Part shown: positions 49,903-59,289 of the stretch, one piece after another
How positions within the stretch are numbered: the first letter of the stretch is position 1
Layout of the letters: each line of letters starts with the position of its first letter
Notes under the pieces: model-generated
What the model saw: the letters and a program-made list of their open reading frames with translations, nothing else
Database searches by the model: none
Told to the model about the DNA's origin: nothing
Assembly: GCA_050251055.1 (NCBI GenBank)
Contig: JBFWNL010000002.1
Coordinates: 256,001-320,000 of the forward strand
Reading direction: 5' to 3'
DNA: 64,000 bases
From: Bacteriovoracia bacterium
Lineage (GTDB): Bacteria > Bdellovibrionota > UBA1018 > JBFWNL01
Program-made: the position numbers and the translations under genes

Positions 49903-51147
49903 ATGGCGCCCGACTTCAATCAAATCAAATCCCGCGTGTCGGCCACGGCCCGCAACCTCGGACACAAGCTCGGTTCCGGCGCGAAAGCCGCCACGTCCGT
50001 CGTACAGCGCGGGGTCGCCGCCGTCAGCGCGCGCTTTCGCAAAGGAGGCGCGGCCCCCACCGCGGATGCCGATTCTCCGCAAGGCACGGGACCGCGCTTC
50101 AATGTAGCGGATCTCAGCACGCGCATCCGGGATCTCGGTGATCGTTTCACCACGCGTATCCGTGACTTCAACATCAAAGACTTGGCGAAAACCCACCCCA
50201 AGGTCTACCAAACGGTGGGCCGTGGACTCGAGTACGCGTACGACAAGGTCAAGGCCTCCGTCGATAAGCGCGGTGTTTCATTTTACGGCAAGGCGATCAC
50301 CATTGTGCTCACGACCTACTTCCTGGCTGACTTGCCCTCGCTCTACATCGAGCGCCTGATTCCCGAGCCGCCCGTGGTGCACGACACCGGCGGGGCCGCG
50401 GACGGGCGCGCCCAGCGCGAACTCTCCGACTACGAAGTGATTTTTAGCCGAAATCTATTTAACAGCCGCGGACTGATCCCCGACGAAGGCAGCGGCGAAG
50501 CTGGCGATCCCAACGGAGTCGCCACGCCCACCACCCTCCCCTTCGATCTGATCGGTACGCTGATCCTTCGCGACGATCGCCGCTCACTCGCGACGATCAT
50601 GGATCGCACCGACCAAAAGGTTTACCCGGTCATGGTCGAAGACGAAATTCCGGGCAAAGCAAAAATCACTAAGGTGGAAAGCATTCGGGTGACCTTCGTG
50701 AATCTCCGGACCCGCCGCAACGAGTTCGTGGCCCTGCCCGACGACCAGATCGTCATCAATCCGCGCAACACGCGGCCAGCCCCCACGGGGACTGGCAAAA
50801 ACCGCATCGAGAAGGTCGGCGAGAATCGGGTGGTCGTGGCGAAGGCCGAAGTGGACGAGCAACTCGCGGACTTCAACCGGGTCATTACCCAGGCACGGGC
50901 GGTTCCCAACTACGAAAACGGCGTGCAAGACGGCTACAAACTATTCCAAATCGTTCCGGGCAGCATCTACGAAAAACTCGGCATCGAAAACGGCGACGTG
51001 ATCCGCGGGATCAACGGCGACCCCATGACCGACCCGGGCAAGGCTTTCGAACTATTGAACGAACTAAGAGGGGGCGGGCTCACGCACGCGGAGTTGAACG
51101 TGCGCCGCAACGGGAAGGATCAGACGCTTGTCATTGATATTCAATAA
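49903..51147 (+). CDS. gspC: Type II secretion protein C with PDZ domain
   Basis: TM, RNLFNS, LIGT HR domain, QARAVP..GYKLFQIVPGSIYEKLGIENGDVI..ING PDZ; first gene of the gsp cluster. Confidence 0.88.
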   Translation: MAPDFNQIKSRVSATARNLGHKLGSGAKAATSVVQRGVAAVSARFRKGGAAPTADADSPQGTGPRFNVADLSTRIRDLGDRFTTRIRDFNIKDLAKTHPKVYQTVGRGLEYAYDKVKASVDKRGVSFYGKAITIVLTTYFLADLPSLYIERLIPEPPVVHDTGGAADGRAQRELSDYEVIFSRNLFNSRGLIPDEGSGEAGDPNGVATPTTLPFDLIGTLILRDDRRSLATIMDRTDQKVYPVMVEDEIPGKAKITKVESIRVTFVNLRTRRNEFVALPDDQIVINPRNTRPAPTGTGKNRIEKVGENRVVVAKAEVDEQLADFNRVITQARAVPNYENGVQDGYKLFQIVPGSIYEKLGIENGDVIRGINGDPMTDPGKAFELLNELRGGGLTHAELNVRRNGKDQTLVIDIQ

Positions 51148-51187
51148 GGCATTCAGTAAGCCGACGGGTCGGCTTGAAGGAGCGGAT

Positions 51188-53839
51188 ATGGCGCGGTTCA
51201 CGCGGTTCAACGAAGAGACGCAAGGCGAGAGCATGCTGTTCTGGGTGCGGGTGTTCGCGAGCGTGACGGGACTGATTAGCGCGGCGGCATTCCTCAGCCT
51301 CGCGCTCGAGGCGCAGGGCGCTCCGCCCGCGGGCGGCTTCCGGCCCGGGCAACGCACCTTCACCAATCCGTTCGTGAACCCCTCGAGTCTGCCGACGGTA
51401 AACGCGGCGACGAGCACGCCGCCACCCGCCACGCCGCCGCCTACTCCCGGCTACGTCCCAACGTCCCCGAGCGAGCTGGGTGAGATGGACGAGGACATGA
51501 GTTCGGACATGGACGACGGCACCGGAAATCCCATTACGCCTTCTCGCGGCGGAAACGCCCCTCGCCAAGTCCAAATCAATTCTGGCCGCAACACCGCGGA
51601 TCCCGAAGACGTGCCGAACCCCACCAAGGGGCAAGCCGGCGTATCCGTCGGCGGTGAGCAACCCGGCGGCGTGATCTCCAACTCCAAGCTCGACCCCCTG
51701 GCCATTGACTCGACCACGGGCTTTGGCAGCAACGAGATCATCACCGACTTCAACTATCCGGACGCCGAGGTGATGGATATCGCCAAGACCCTGGGCAAGC
51801 TCACGGGCAAGAACTTCATCCTGGATAAGGGCGTGAAGGGCAAGGTCACCATTATATCCAATTCCCCGATCACGGTCGGGGACGCCTGGAAGGCCTTCCT
51901 CACCGCGCTCGACATCAACGGGTTCACGCTCATCCCGTCGGGCAAGTACATCCGTATCGCGCGCCAGCGCGACGCGCGCGACAAGCAGCTAAAAACCTAC
52001 ACCGGCGATTTCGCGCCCAGCACGGATGCTCTCATCACGCGAATTTTTTCGCTCAAGCACATCTCGGCCGACGAGGTCGCGCGCACGTTCCGCAGCTTCA
52101 TGCCCGCCAACTCGCGCATCATCCCTTACGACCAGACCAATAGCGTGATCGTCACCGACACCGGCTCCAACATCGACAAGCTCGCCAAGATGCTCGAATA
52201 CCTGGATGTGGAAGGTTTCGACGCCGGCATCGAGGTCATCCCGGTGAAGTTCGCGTCCGCCGTCGAGCTCTCGAAACTGATCGATACCCTGATCCCGGGC
52301 ACCCAGACGGGCCGGCCCACGGGCGCCCCCGCCCGGCCGCGGGGCTTCGGCGCCAGCGGCAGCTTCGCCGCCCGGCGCACGAAGGAAGGCGGGATGATCA
52401 ACACCATCATCGCCGACGAACGCACCAACACCCTGATCGTTCACGCCAATGGCAAGGGCGCCGATCAAGTCCGCGGCCTCGTCGCCAAGCTCGACAAAAA
52501 GGTTCCGGCCCCCGTAGGCGGCGGCAAAATCCACGTCGTTTACCTGCAGTTCGCCAAGGCGAAGGACATCGCCGCGACCCTCAACAACTTAGGCGGCGAC
52601 TCCGGCCGTGCCCGGCCCGCCGCGCCCGCCGGCACGGGCGGCGTGGGCGTGAATCCCACGACCAGCGTCCTTTTCGAAGGCGCGATCAAGGTGTCTTCCG
52701 ACGACTCGACGAACTCGCTCGTGATTACCGCTTCCCCGGCGGATTTCGTGACCGTCCAGCGCGTGATCTCCAAGCTCGATATCCCGCGCGACGAAGTCTA
52801 CGTCGAAGCCGTTATCATGGAAATGATCATGACCAAGGACTTCGAAGTGTCCACCAACGTGGTGGTCCCGAATGCCGGCGTCGGTTTCACGCCGAACGGC
52901 GGCGACCTGGTTAATTTCCTCACCAACCCGGCCAGTCAGAAAGGCCTGGTTTTGGGCTTCAAGGCGGGGCAGGACGTTTCCATTCCGGTCAACGGCCAAA
53001 ACGTGACCGTGAAATCGATCACGGGCTTGATCAAGGCGATCCAAACGAACACGAACTCCAACATCCTGGCCACGCCGCAGATCCTCACCCTGGACAACGA
53101 GAAGGCGACGTTCAGCACGACAGAGAAGATCCCGTTTGCGACCTCGACCATCTCCACGACCGGCACGACGAACTCCGTGCAGCGCGAAGACGTGGGGTTG
53201 ACGCTGGAGCTCACACCCCAGATCAACAAAGTTTCCAACTACGTGAAGCTCGAGATCAACACGAAGCTGGAAGACGTCGAACAGCGCGAGCTGCCGGCAC
53301 AGGTCGCGAACCTCGCGGTAGCGACCCTCTCGCGTAGCGCCAAGACGAACGTCATCGTTGCCGACACGGATACCGTAGTCTTGGGCGGCTTGATTCGCGA
53401 CAAGCAGGCGGAACAGACCTCGAAGATTCCGCTCTTGGGCGACATCCCGCTGCTGGGCTGGCTCTTCCGCTCGCACCATTCCACGACCCAGAAGACCAAC
53501 CTGCTCATGTTCATTACTCCGCACATCATCCGGCATTACGACAAGGTGCGGACGGTCTTGGATCGGAAACTTAAACAACGCGACGACTTCATCGAACGCG
53601 CCAATGGCGGCAAAGATCCGCAACGCGAGTACCGCGACGAGATGATCAAGGGCCTGCCGGACATTCGTGAAATCACGAATAGCCAACCCAAGACGGCGTT
53701 TTCCCTGGACGAAGAGCAGGACAATATGAGGACCAGCTCTCCGCTTACCGGAGACCAGTCGGAAGGCACGGCGCCGGAGGAAAGCGTACCCCCCGCCACC
53801 GGTGGTACGCCCCCACCCGAAGGGGAACCGCTCGAATGA
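51188..53839 (+). CDS. gspD: Type II secretion secretin
   Basis: N0 domain (LTGKNFILD..VKGKVTIIS), N domains (DERTNTLIV), ILATPQILTLDNEKA, KIPLLGDIPLLGWLFR; start may be 51233. Confidence 0.95.
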   Translation: MARFTRFNEETQGESMLFWVRVFASVTGLISAAAFLSLALEAQGAPPAGGFRPGQRTFTNPFVNPSSLPTVNAATSTPPPATPPPTPGYVPTSPSELGEMDEDMSSDMDDGTGNPITPSRGGNAPRQVQINSGRNTADPEDVPNPTKGQAGVSVGGEQPGGVISNSKLDPLAIDSTTGFGSNEIITDFNYPDAEVMDIAKTLGKLTGKNFILDKGVKGKVTIISNSPITVGDAWKAFLTALDINGFTLIPSGKYIRIARQRDARDKQLKTYTGDFAPSTDALITRIFSLKHISADEVARTFRSFMPANSRIIPYDQTNSVIVTDTGSNIDKLAKMLEYLDVEGFDAGIEVIPVKFASAVELSKLIDTLIPGTQTGRPTGAPARPRGFGASGSFAARRTKEGGMINTIIADERTNTLIVHANGKGADQVRGLVAKLDKKVPAPVGGGKIHVVYLQFAKAKDIAATLNNLGGDSGRARPAAPAGTGGVGVNPTTSVLFEGAIKVSSDDSTNSLVITASPADFVTVQRVISKLDIPRDEVYVEAVIMEMIMTKDFEVSTNVVVPNAGVGFTPNGGDLVNFLTNPASQKGLVLGFKAGQDVSIPVNGQNVTVKSITGLIKAIQTNTNSNILATPQILTLDNEKATFSTTEKIPFATSTISTTGTTNSVQREDVGLTLELTPQINKVSNYVKLEINTKLEDVEQRELPAQVANLAVATLSRSAKTNVIVADTDTVVLGGLIRDKQAEQTSKIPLLGDIPLLGWLFRSHHSTTQKTNLLMFITPHIIRHYDKVRTVLDRKLKQRDDFIERANGGKDPQREYRDEMIKGLPDIREITNSQPKTAFSLDEEQDNMRTSSPLTGDQSEGTAPEESVPPATGGTPPPEGEPLE

Positions 53840-55587
53840 CGGAAACCACGCATACGGGAAACCCAGGCGGAGCCCGCGCCGACACCGCGGCCGCCTCCTT
53901 GAAGATCGGCCAGATCCTCATCCGGCACACCTCGCTCAAGAGCGAGCAGCTGGACGAGGCCTTGGAGATCCAAAAACGCGATGGCGGGTTTCTCGGCGAG
54001 ATCCTCATCCGCCGCAACCTCATCACTACGAGCGACCTCATGAAGGCGCTCTGCCTTCAGCTCGGCATCGGATTCCTGTCGGAGATCAACGCCAACGAGA
54101 TTGATCCAAACCTCATTACCAACATTCCGATCAACTACGCCAAGGCGAAGGAAGTCCTACCCGTCCGGATCGAAAAACGTGGAGATGCCGAGGTCCTAAT
54201 CGTCGCGGTATCCGATCCGTTCGACGAATCCGTGTCCGAAGACCTAAAGGTCCTGGTGGAAAAGCCGGTCGAAATCCTAGCCGCGGCTTCGGCCAAGATC
54301 CAAGAAGCCATTAATCGGGTCTACGAGAAAAACACCGCGAATCTCGTCGATAAGATCGAAGGAGAGTTCGAGGAAGCCTACGACTTCGAAGGCCCCATCG
54401 ATATCCTGGATGCCAACGAAGACGATGCGCCCGTCATTAAATTTGTGAACTCGCTGCTCTTCCGCGCCGTGAAGGAAAAGACGTCCGATATCCACATCGA
54501 ACCTTACGAGAAGGACTTCGTCGTCCGCTACCGGGTCGACGGCGTGCTACACGATATCGTTCGCCAGCCAAAAAAAGCCCACGCCGCGATCTCCTCCCGC
54601 ATCAAGGTCATGGGCAGCCTGGACATCGCGGAAAAGCGCTTACCCCAGGACGGCCGCATCAAAGTGAAGATCGCGGGCAAGGATATCGACATTCGTCTTT
54701 CGACCGTACCGACCATCTTCGGCGAGCGGATCGTCATGCGTATCTTGGAGCAGAGCGGAAACGTGCTCGAACTGGAACAGCTGGGCTTCCGCTCGGAAAG
54801 CCGAGTCGAAATCGAAAAACTCATTTCGCGTAAGCACGGGATCATGCTCGTCACCGGTCCCACCGGTAGCGGTAAGTCCACTACCCTGTCCGCCTGCCTA
54901 ACGAAGATCGCCGATCCCGAAGTGAACGTGCTGACGGTCGAGGATCCGATCGAATACCAGATCCCCGGCATCAGCCAGGTACAGGTCAACGCCAAGATCG
55001 AGCTCACCTTCGCCCGCGCGCTCCGGCACTTCCTGCGCCAAGACCCCGACGTCATCATGGTCGGCGAAATCCGCGATAAGGAAACCGCCGAAATCGCCAT
55101 CAACGCCTCGCTCACGGGTCACTTGGTGCTCTCCACCATCCACACTAACGACGCCGCCGGCGCGCCCACCCGTCTCATCGACATGGGGGTCGAGCCGTTT
55201 CTGGTGGCGAGCTCGCTGATCGGCATCGTCGCCCAACGCCTCATTCGCCGTGTATGCAAGGTCTGCCGTAAGCCGCACACCCCCACGCGCTTCCAAATGG
55301 AGGAGCTGGGGATGGATGCGCTGCCCCCGGGCGCGGAAGTATACGAGGCGGTCGGTTGCCCCGCCTGCTCCCAGAGCGGGTACTCCGGCCGTACCGTGAT
55401 CCACGAGCTGATGATCGTGGACGAAGAAGTGCGGCGTCTGATCGTGAAGCTCACCGACGCGGGGTCGATCAAGAAAGCCGCCGTCGCGGCGGGAATGAAA
55501 ACCTTGCGCGAGGATGGCATCGCCAAGGTGCTCTCGGGCCAGACTACGATCGACGAGCTTATCCGGGTGACCCATGCTGAGGAATAA
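53836..55587 (+). CDS. gspE: Type II secretion ATPase
   Basis: N-terminal KIGQILI/LGEILI (MshEN-like), SDIHIEP, GPTGSGKST, LRQDPDVIMVGEIRD, CxxC...CxxC. Confidence 0.95.
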   Translation: MTETTHTGNPGGARADTAAASLKIGQILIRHTSLKSEQLDEALEIQKRDGGFLGEILIRRNLITTSDLMKALCLQLGIGFLSEINANEIDPNLITNIPINYAKAKEVLPVRIEKRGDAEVLIVAVSDPFDESVSEDLKVLVEKPVEILAAASAKIQEAINRVYEKNTANLVDKIEGEFEEAYDFEGPIDILDANEDDAPVIKFVNSLLFRAVKEKTSDIHIEPYEKDFVVRYRVDGVLHDIVRQPKKAHAAISSRIKVMGSLDIAEKRLPQDGRIKVKIAGKDIDIRLSTVPTIFGERIVMRILEQSGNVLELEQLGFRSESRVEIEKLISRKHGIMLVTGPTGSGKSTTLSACLTKIADPEVNVLTVEDPIEYQIPGISQVQVNAKIELTFARALRHFLRQDPDVIMVGEIRDKETAEIAINASLTGHLVLSTIHTNDAAGAPTRLIDMGVEPFLVASSLIGIVAQRLIRRVCKVCRKPHTPTRFQMEELGMDALPPGAEVYEAVGCPACSQSGYSGRTVIHELMIVDEEVRRLIVKLTDAGSIKKAAVAAGMKTLREDGIAKVLSGQTTIDELIRVTHAEE

Positions 55588-55597
55588 AGGATAAAGC

Positions 55598-56824
55598 ATG
55601 CCGATTTTCGAGTACAAAGCCCTGCAGTCCAGCGGGAAGGCGGAGAAAGGCCTGATCGAGGCCGAGAACGTCAAGGCTGCGCGCACCAAGCTCAAGAAGA
55701 AGGGGCTTATCGTCACTTCCATCGGCGAAAAGAACGCGCGCACGAAGGGCGGTGCCCGCAGCGGGGGCAGCTCACTTTTCGCCGGACGAGTTAGCTACCA
55801 GGAAATCTCGCTCATGACCCGTCAACTGGCGAGCTTGGTGAAGGCGAATATCCCGTTGGTCGAGGCTTTGAACGCCCTCGTCGACCAAACGGACAACGAC
55901 CGCCTTAAGGTAATCATCTCGCAGGTGCGCCAGGACGTGAACGAGGGTTCCAGCCTGGCCAAAGCCATGGCTCCACATCCGAAGATTTTCGATAACATCT
56001 TCGTAAACATGGTGGAAGCCGGCGAAAGCTCGGGCACGTTGAGCCTGGTCCTCGTCAAACTCGCGGATCTGAAGGCCGCCCAGGTCCGCTTGCGCGGCAA
56101 GGTCATCAGCGGCATGACTTATCCCGTATTAATGATGATCGTGGCGGCCGTGCTCATGCTCGTCATCTTCAGTTTCGTCATTCCGAAGCTCACCAAAGTC
56201 TTCAAGTCCATGAACAAGCCGGTGCCGACGATCACGAAGGTGTTGATGGACATCAGCGACGTGGTCAATGCCTATTGGTATCTCATCGTGGGTGGGTCGA
56301 TCTTTGGATTAATTTCGTTCTTGCGCTACATCAACACGGAAAAAGGTCGCCAGAAATGGGATGGTTTCAAACTGCGCATGCCGATGTTCGGCTCCTTGTT
56401 CCGCATGGTAGCCGTCACCCGCTTCGCCAGCACCATGGGCACGCTGCTCTCCAGCGGCGTGCCGATCTTAACCGCGATGAAAATATCCAAGAACCTAGTC
56501 GGGAACGTCCTAATCGCCGAGGCGGTAGAAAACGCCCGGGAAAACATCACCGAAGGTCAATCCATTGCCGACCCCCTACGGCGCAGCGGGGAATTCCCAC
56601 CCCTCGTCACCCACATGATCTCCATCGGTGAAAAAACGGGGGAACTCCCGGACATGCTGCGAAACATCTCGGAAACTTACGAGGAGCAGGTAAATGCGAA
56701 GATCGAGGGCATGACCGCCGCCCTGGAGCCGCTCATGATTATTTTCATGGGAGGCATGGTGGGCTTCATTGTGTTATCCATCTTCATCCCCCTATTGGAC
56801 ATCAGTAACATTCAAAGCCGATAG
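55598..56824 (+). CDS. gspF: Type II secretion inner-membrane protein F
   Basis: TRQLASL, AGESSGTL, MTYP, IGEKTGEL, LEP. Confidence 0.95.
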   Translation: MPIFEYKALQSSGKAEKGLIEAENVKAARTKLKKKGLIVTSIGEKNARTKGGARSGGSSLFAGRVSYQEISLMTRQLASLVKANIPLVEALNALVDQTDNDRLKVIISQVRQDVNEGSSLAKAMAPHPKIFDNIFVNMVEAGESSGTLSLVLVKLADLKAAQVRLRGKVISGMTYPVLMMIVAAVLMLVIFSFVIPKLTKVFKSMNKPVPTITKVLMDISDVVNAYWYLIVGGSIFGLISFLRYINTEKGRQKWDGFKLRMPMFGSLFRMVAVTRFASTMGTLLSSGVPILTAMKISKNLVGNVLIAEAVENARENITEGQSIADPLRRSGEFPPLVTHMISIGEKTGELPDMLRNISETYEEQVNAKIEGMTAALEPLMIIFMGGMVGFIVLSIFIPLLDISNIQSR

Positions 56825-56869
56825 TTTTAGCCAGATATTTTAGTAAGAAAGGAAAGAAAAAGAAAAACG

Positions 56870-57352
56870 ATGAGAACGCTAAGAAAACACCCTTGGTTCA
56901 AAAAAATGGCCGACAAACGCGAAGCCGGCTTCACTCTGACCGAAATGCTGGTCGTGATCGCCTTGATCGCGATGCTGGGCACCTTCGTGTTCACCAACGT
57001 GATGGGTAAGTTCAACCGTGCCAAGGTCGACGGCACCAAGATTAAAATCCGCCAGCTCATGCAGCTGCTTGACCAGTACAAGCTCGATTGCGGAAGCTAC
57101 CCCACCGCCGAGCAAGGGCTCGAGGCCCTCGTGACCAAGCCCACGGGCGGCAAGGAGTGCAAGAACTACAATCCGGAAGGCTATATCACCGGCGGCCGCG
57201 TACCGAAGGACGAATGGGACAACGACTTCGAATACCGCTTCGAAGGTCGCAAACCGGAGATCCGTTCCCTGGGCGGCGACGGCGTGGAAGGCGGCGCGGA
57301 CAATGACGCCGACATTTCCTCGAACGAGCCCGCGCCGGAGGCGAGCTCGTAA
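56870..57352 (+). CDS. gspG: Major pseudopilin
   Basis: G|FTLTEMLVVIALI, YKLDCGSYPT..QGLEALV, PKDEW, SLGGDG..GG..NDADI; start may be 56906. Confidence 0.92.
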   Translation: MRTLRKHPWFKKMADKREAGFTLTEMLVVIALIAMLGTFVFTNVMGKFNRAKVDGTKIKIRQLMQLLDQYKLDCGSYPTAEQGLEALVTKPTGGKECKNYNPEGYITGGRVPKDEWDNDFEYRFEGRKPEIRSLGGDGVEGGADNDADISSNEPAPEASS

Positions 57353-57373
57353 ACTTTACGAGCTAATCGTTTT

Positions 57374-58000
57374 ATGGGAGCGCGATGGAAAAACCAGGGC
57401 GGCTTCACCCTGATCGAGGTGCTGGTGGTGATCGCCCTGATCGCCATCATCGCCACCATCGCGCTGCCCACCGTATCGAGTCAGTTCAAAATCTCTTTGC
57501 GTTCGGTCACGCGCAACCTCGCGTCCACCGTGCGCGAAGCCTATAACGCGACCGTCATTACCGGTCAGGTCCATCGGGTTGTCTACGACATCAAGGAAGG
57601 CCAGTACTGGGTCGAGATCGGGCCTCCCACCGTGCTGCTGGATTCGGACGAAAGTCGTGAACTCGAGAAGCGCAACCAGCACCTGATCAGCGCGGCCGAC
57701 GAGGACAAGAAACCCAAGAGCAAGTTCAAACTCGAAAGCACGATCACGCGCTCGAAGATAAGTCTCCCCCGCGGGGTGACCTTCGAAGACGTCGTTACCG
57801 AGCAAAGCCCGGAGCCGATCAAGGAAGGCTCCGTATACACCCACTTTTTTCCGCACGGACTCGCGGAGCAGACCTTGATTCACCTAGCGGATAACTCGGA
57901 CCACAAAATCTCGCTCGTCGTAGCACCGCTAATCGGCAAGACGCGCGTTATGGAAGGATACGTTGATCCCGATGAGGCTTTCGGCAAGAAAAAACATTGA
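57374..58000 (+). CDS. gspH: Minor pseudopilin GspH-like
   Basis: G|FTLIEVLVVIALI; position after gspG; FFPHG. Confidence 0.8.
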   Translation: MGARWKNQGGFTLIEVLVVIALIAIIATIALPTVSSQFKISLRSVTRNLASTVREAYNATVITGQVHRVVYDIKEGQYWVEIGPPTVLLDSDESRELEKRNQHLISAADEDKKPKSKFKLESTITRSKISLPRGVTFEDVVTEQSPEPIKEGSVYTHFFPHGLAEQTLIHLADNSDHKISLVVAPLIGKTRVMEGYVDPDEAFGKKKH

Positions 58001-58487
58001 GGGTTTCACGCTGCTCGAGATCCTCATCGCCATGGGGATCATGGTCATCGTGCTGACCTCCATCTTCTCGATCGAGTCGGGCAGCATCCTCGCCACCGAG
58101 CGAGCGCGCGAAATGACGACCGTCTCGATGCTCGCGAAAGACGCCATGGTCGACTTCGAGCTGAAGTTCCAAGAGAAGCCCTTCAACGAGGTTGCCGAGG
58201 AAGAATCCGGCCAGTTCGAGGAGCCGTTCCAGGCCTATTCGTGGACCCGCACCGTCAAGGAGGTCGAGTTCCCGAACCTGGGCATCGGCAATGCCCAGAG
58301 CGGCAAGGATTCGGGCGGCGCCGAAAACCAAACCGAGCTTTTATCCAAGCTCGTCACGAACTTCCTGTCGAAAGCGCTGCGGGAAGTGACCATCACCGTG
58401 AAATGGAAGAAACTCGACAGCGAACAAACGTTTTCCCTATCCCAATACTGGGTGGACCTGAACCATGAGTTTTCGCTCAGTGAGTAG
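57972..58487 (+). CDS. gspI: Minor pseudopilin GspI-like
   Basis: G|FTLLEILIAMGI; LREVTITVKW; position. Confidence 0.8.
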   Translation: MRLSARKNIEGFTLLEILIAMGIMVIVLTSIFSIESGSILATERAREMTTVSMLAKDAMVDFELKFQEKPFNEVAEEESGQFEEPFQAYSWTRTVKEVEFPNLGIGNAQSGKDSGGAENQTELLSKLVTNFLSKALREVTITVKWKKLDSEQTFSLSQYWVDLNHEFSLSE

Positions 58488-59289
58488 ACAGGGATTCACC
58501 CTGCTGGAAGTGTTGATTTCCTTCGTGATCCTGGCTTTCATCAGTCTGGCGATCTACCAAGCCACGAATAATACATACGACCTGCACGCTCAGCTGCTAG
58601 CCGACAGCGATTTTTACTCCGAGATCCGCCTAAGCTTCGCCATCATGGACAAAGACGTGGCCGCGATCTTCTCTCCCCACCTGATGGCGCCCCCCAAGCC
58701 AACGCCGACGCCGAACCCCGATGGCTCGCTCCCCCCGCCGGACCCCAACGAGGGCAACTGGTTCGAAGGGGCAAACCGCGCCTCCGACTACTGGGGGGTA
58801 GCGATCGACAAGACCGGCTTACGGCCCTCGCGCTTCGTGGGCAACGAAAACTCCTTCAGCTTCATCACCGCCTCCCATATCCGCATCTACAGGGAATCCC
58901 GGGAATCTTTCATGGCGAAGGTGTCTTATCGGCTAGAGGATGACGACCGCGCAGAAGAGGACGGCAACGATCCGAAAGAAAACTACAAGATGCTCGTCAA
59001 GACGGAGAACCAGAACGCCTTCGACCTAGAAAAAAAGGACGAGGAAGATAAGCTTCACAAGCGCTACCAGCTCCTTCACGGCATCAAGTCGCTGAAATAC
59101 CGCTACTACCGCAAGGACAAGACGCAGTGGGTGACCAGCTGGGACACCGATCACAGCGATACAAAGAACATCTACCCGGACGTCATCGAGGTGGAGTTCG
59201 AAGTGCGCGGGGGACCGCGCCTCAACCATACGGGACGCTTTCGTTTCCGTCCGGAGATGCCGCTGAATGGGCTTTCCCCGAGCGTTTAG
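58465..59289 (+). CDS. gspJ: Minor pseudopilin GspJ-like
   Basis: G|FTLLEVLISFVIL; VSYRL, LLHGIKSLKYRYY..WVTSW..P. Confidence 0.82.
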   Translation: MSFRSVSRQGFTLLEVLISFVILAFISLAIYQATNNTYDLHAQLLADSDFYSEIRLSFAIMDKDVAAIFSPHLMAPPKPTPTPNPDGSLPPPDPNEGNWFEGANRASDYWGVAIDKTGLRPSRFVGNENSFSFITASHIRIYRESRESFMAKVSYRLEDDDRAEEDGNDPKENYKMLVKTENQNAFDLEKKDEEDKLHKRYQLLHGIKSLKYRYYRKDKTQWVTSWDTDHSDTKNIYPDVIEVEFEVRGGPRLNHTGRFRFRPEMPLNGLSPSV

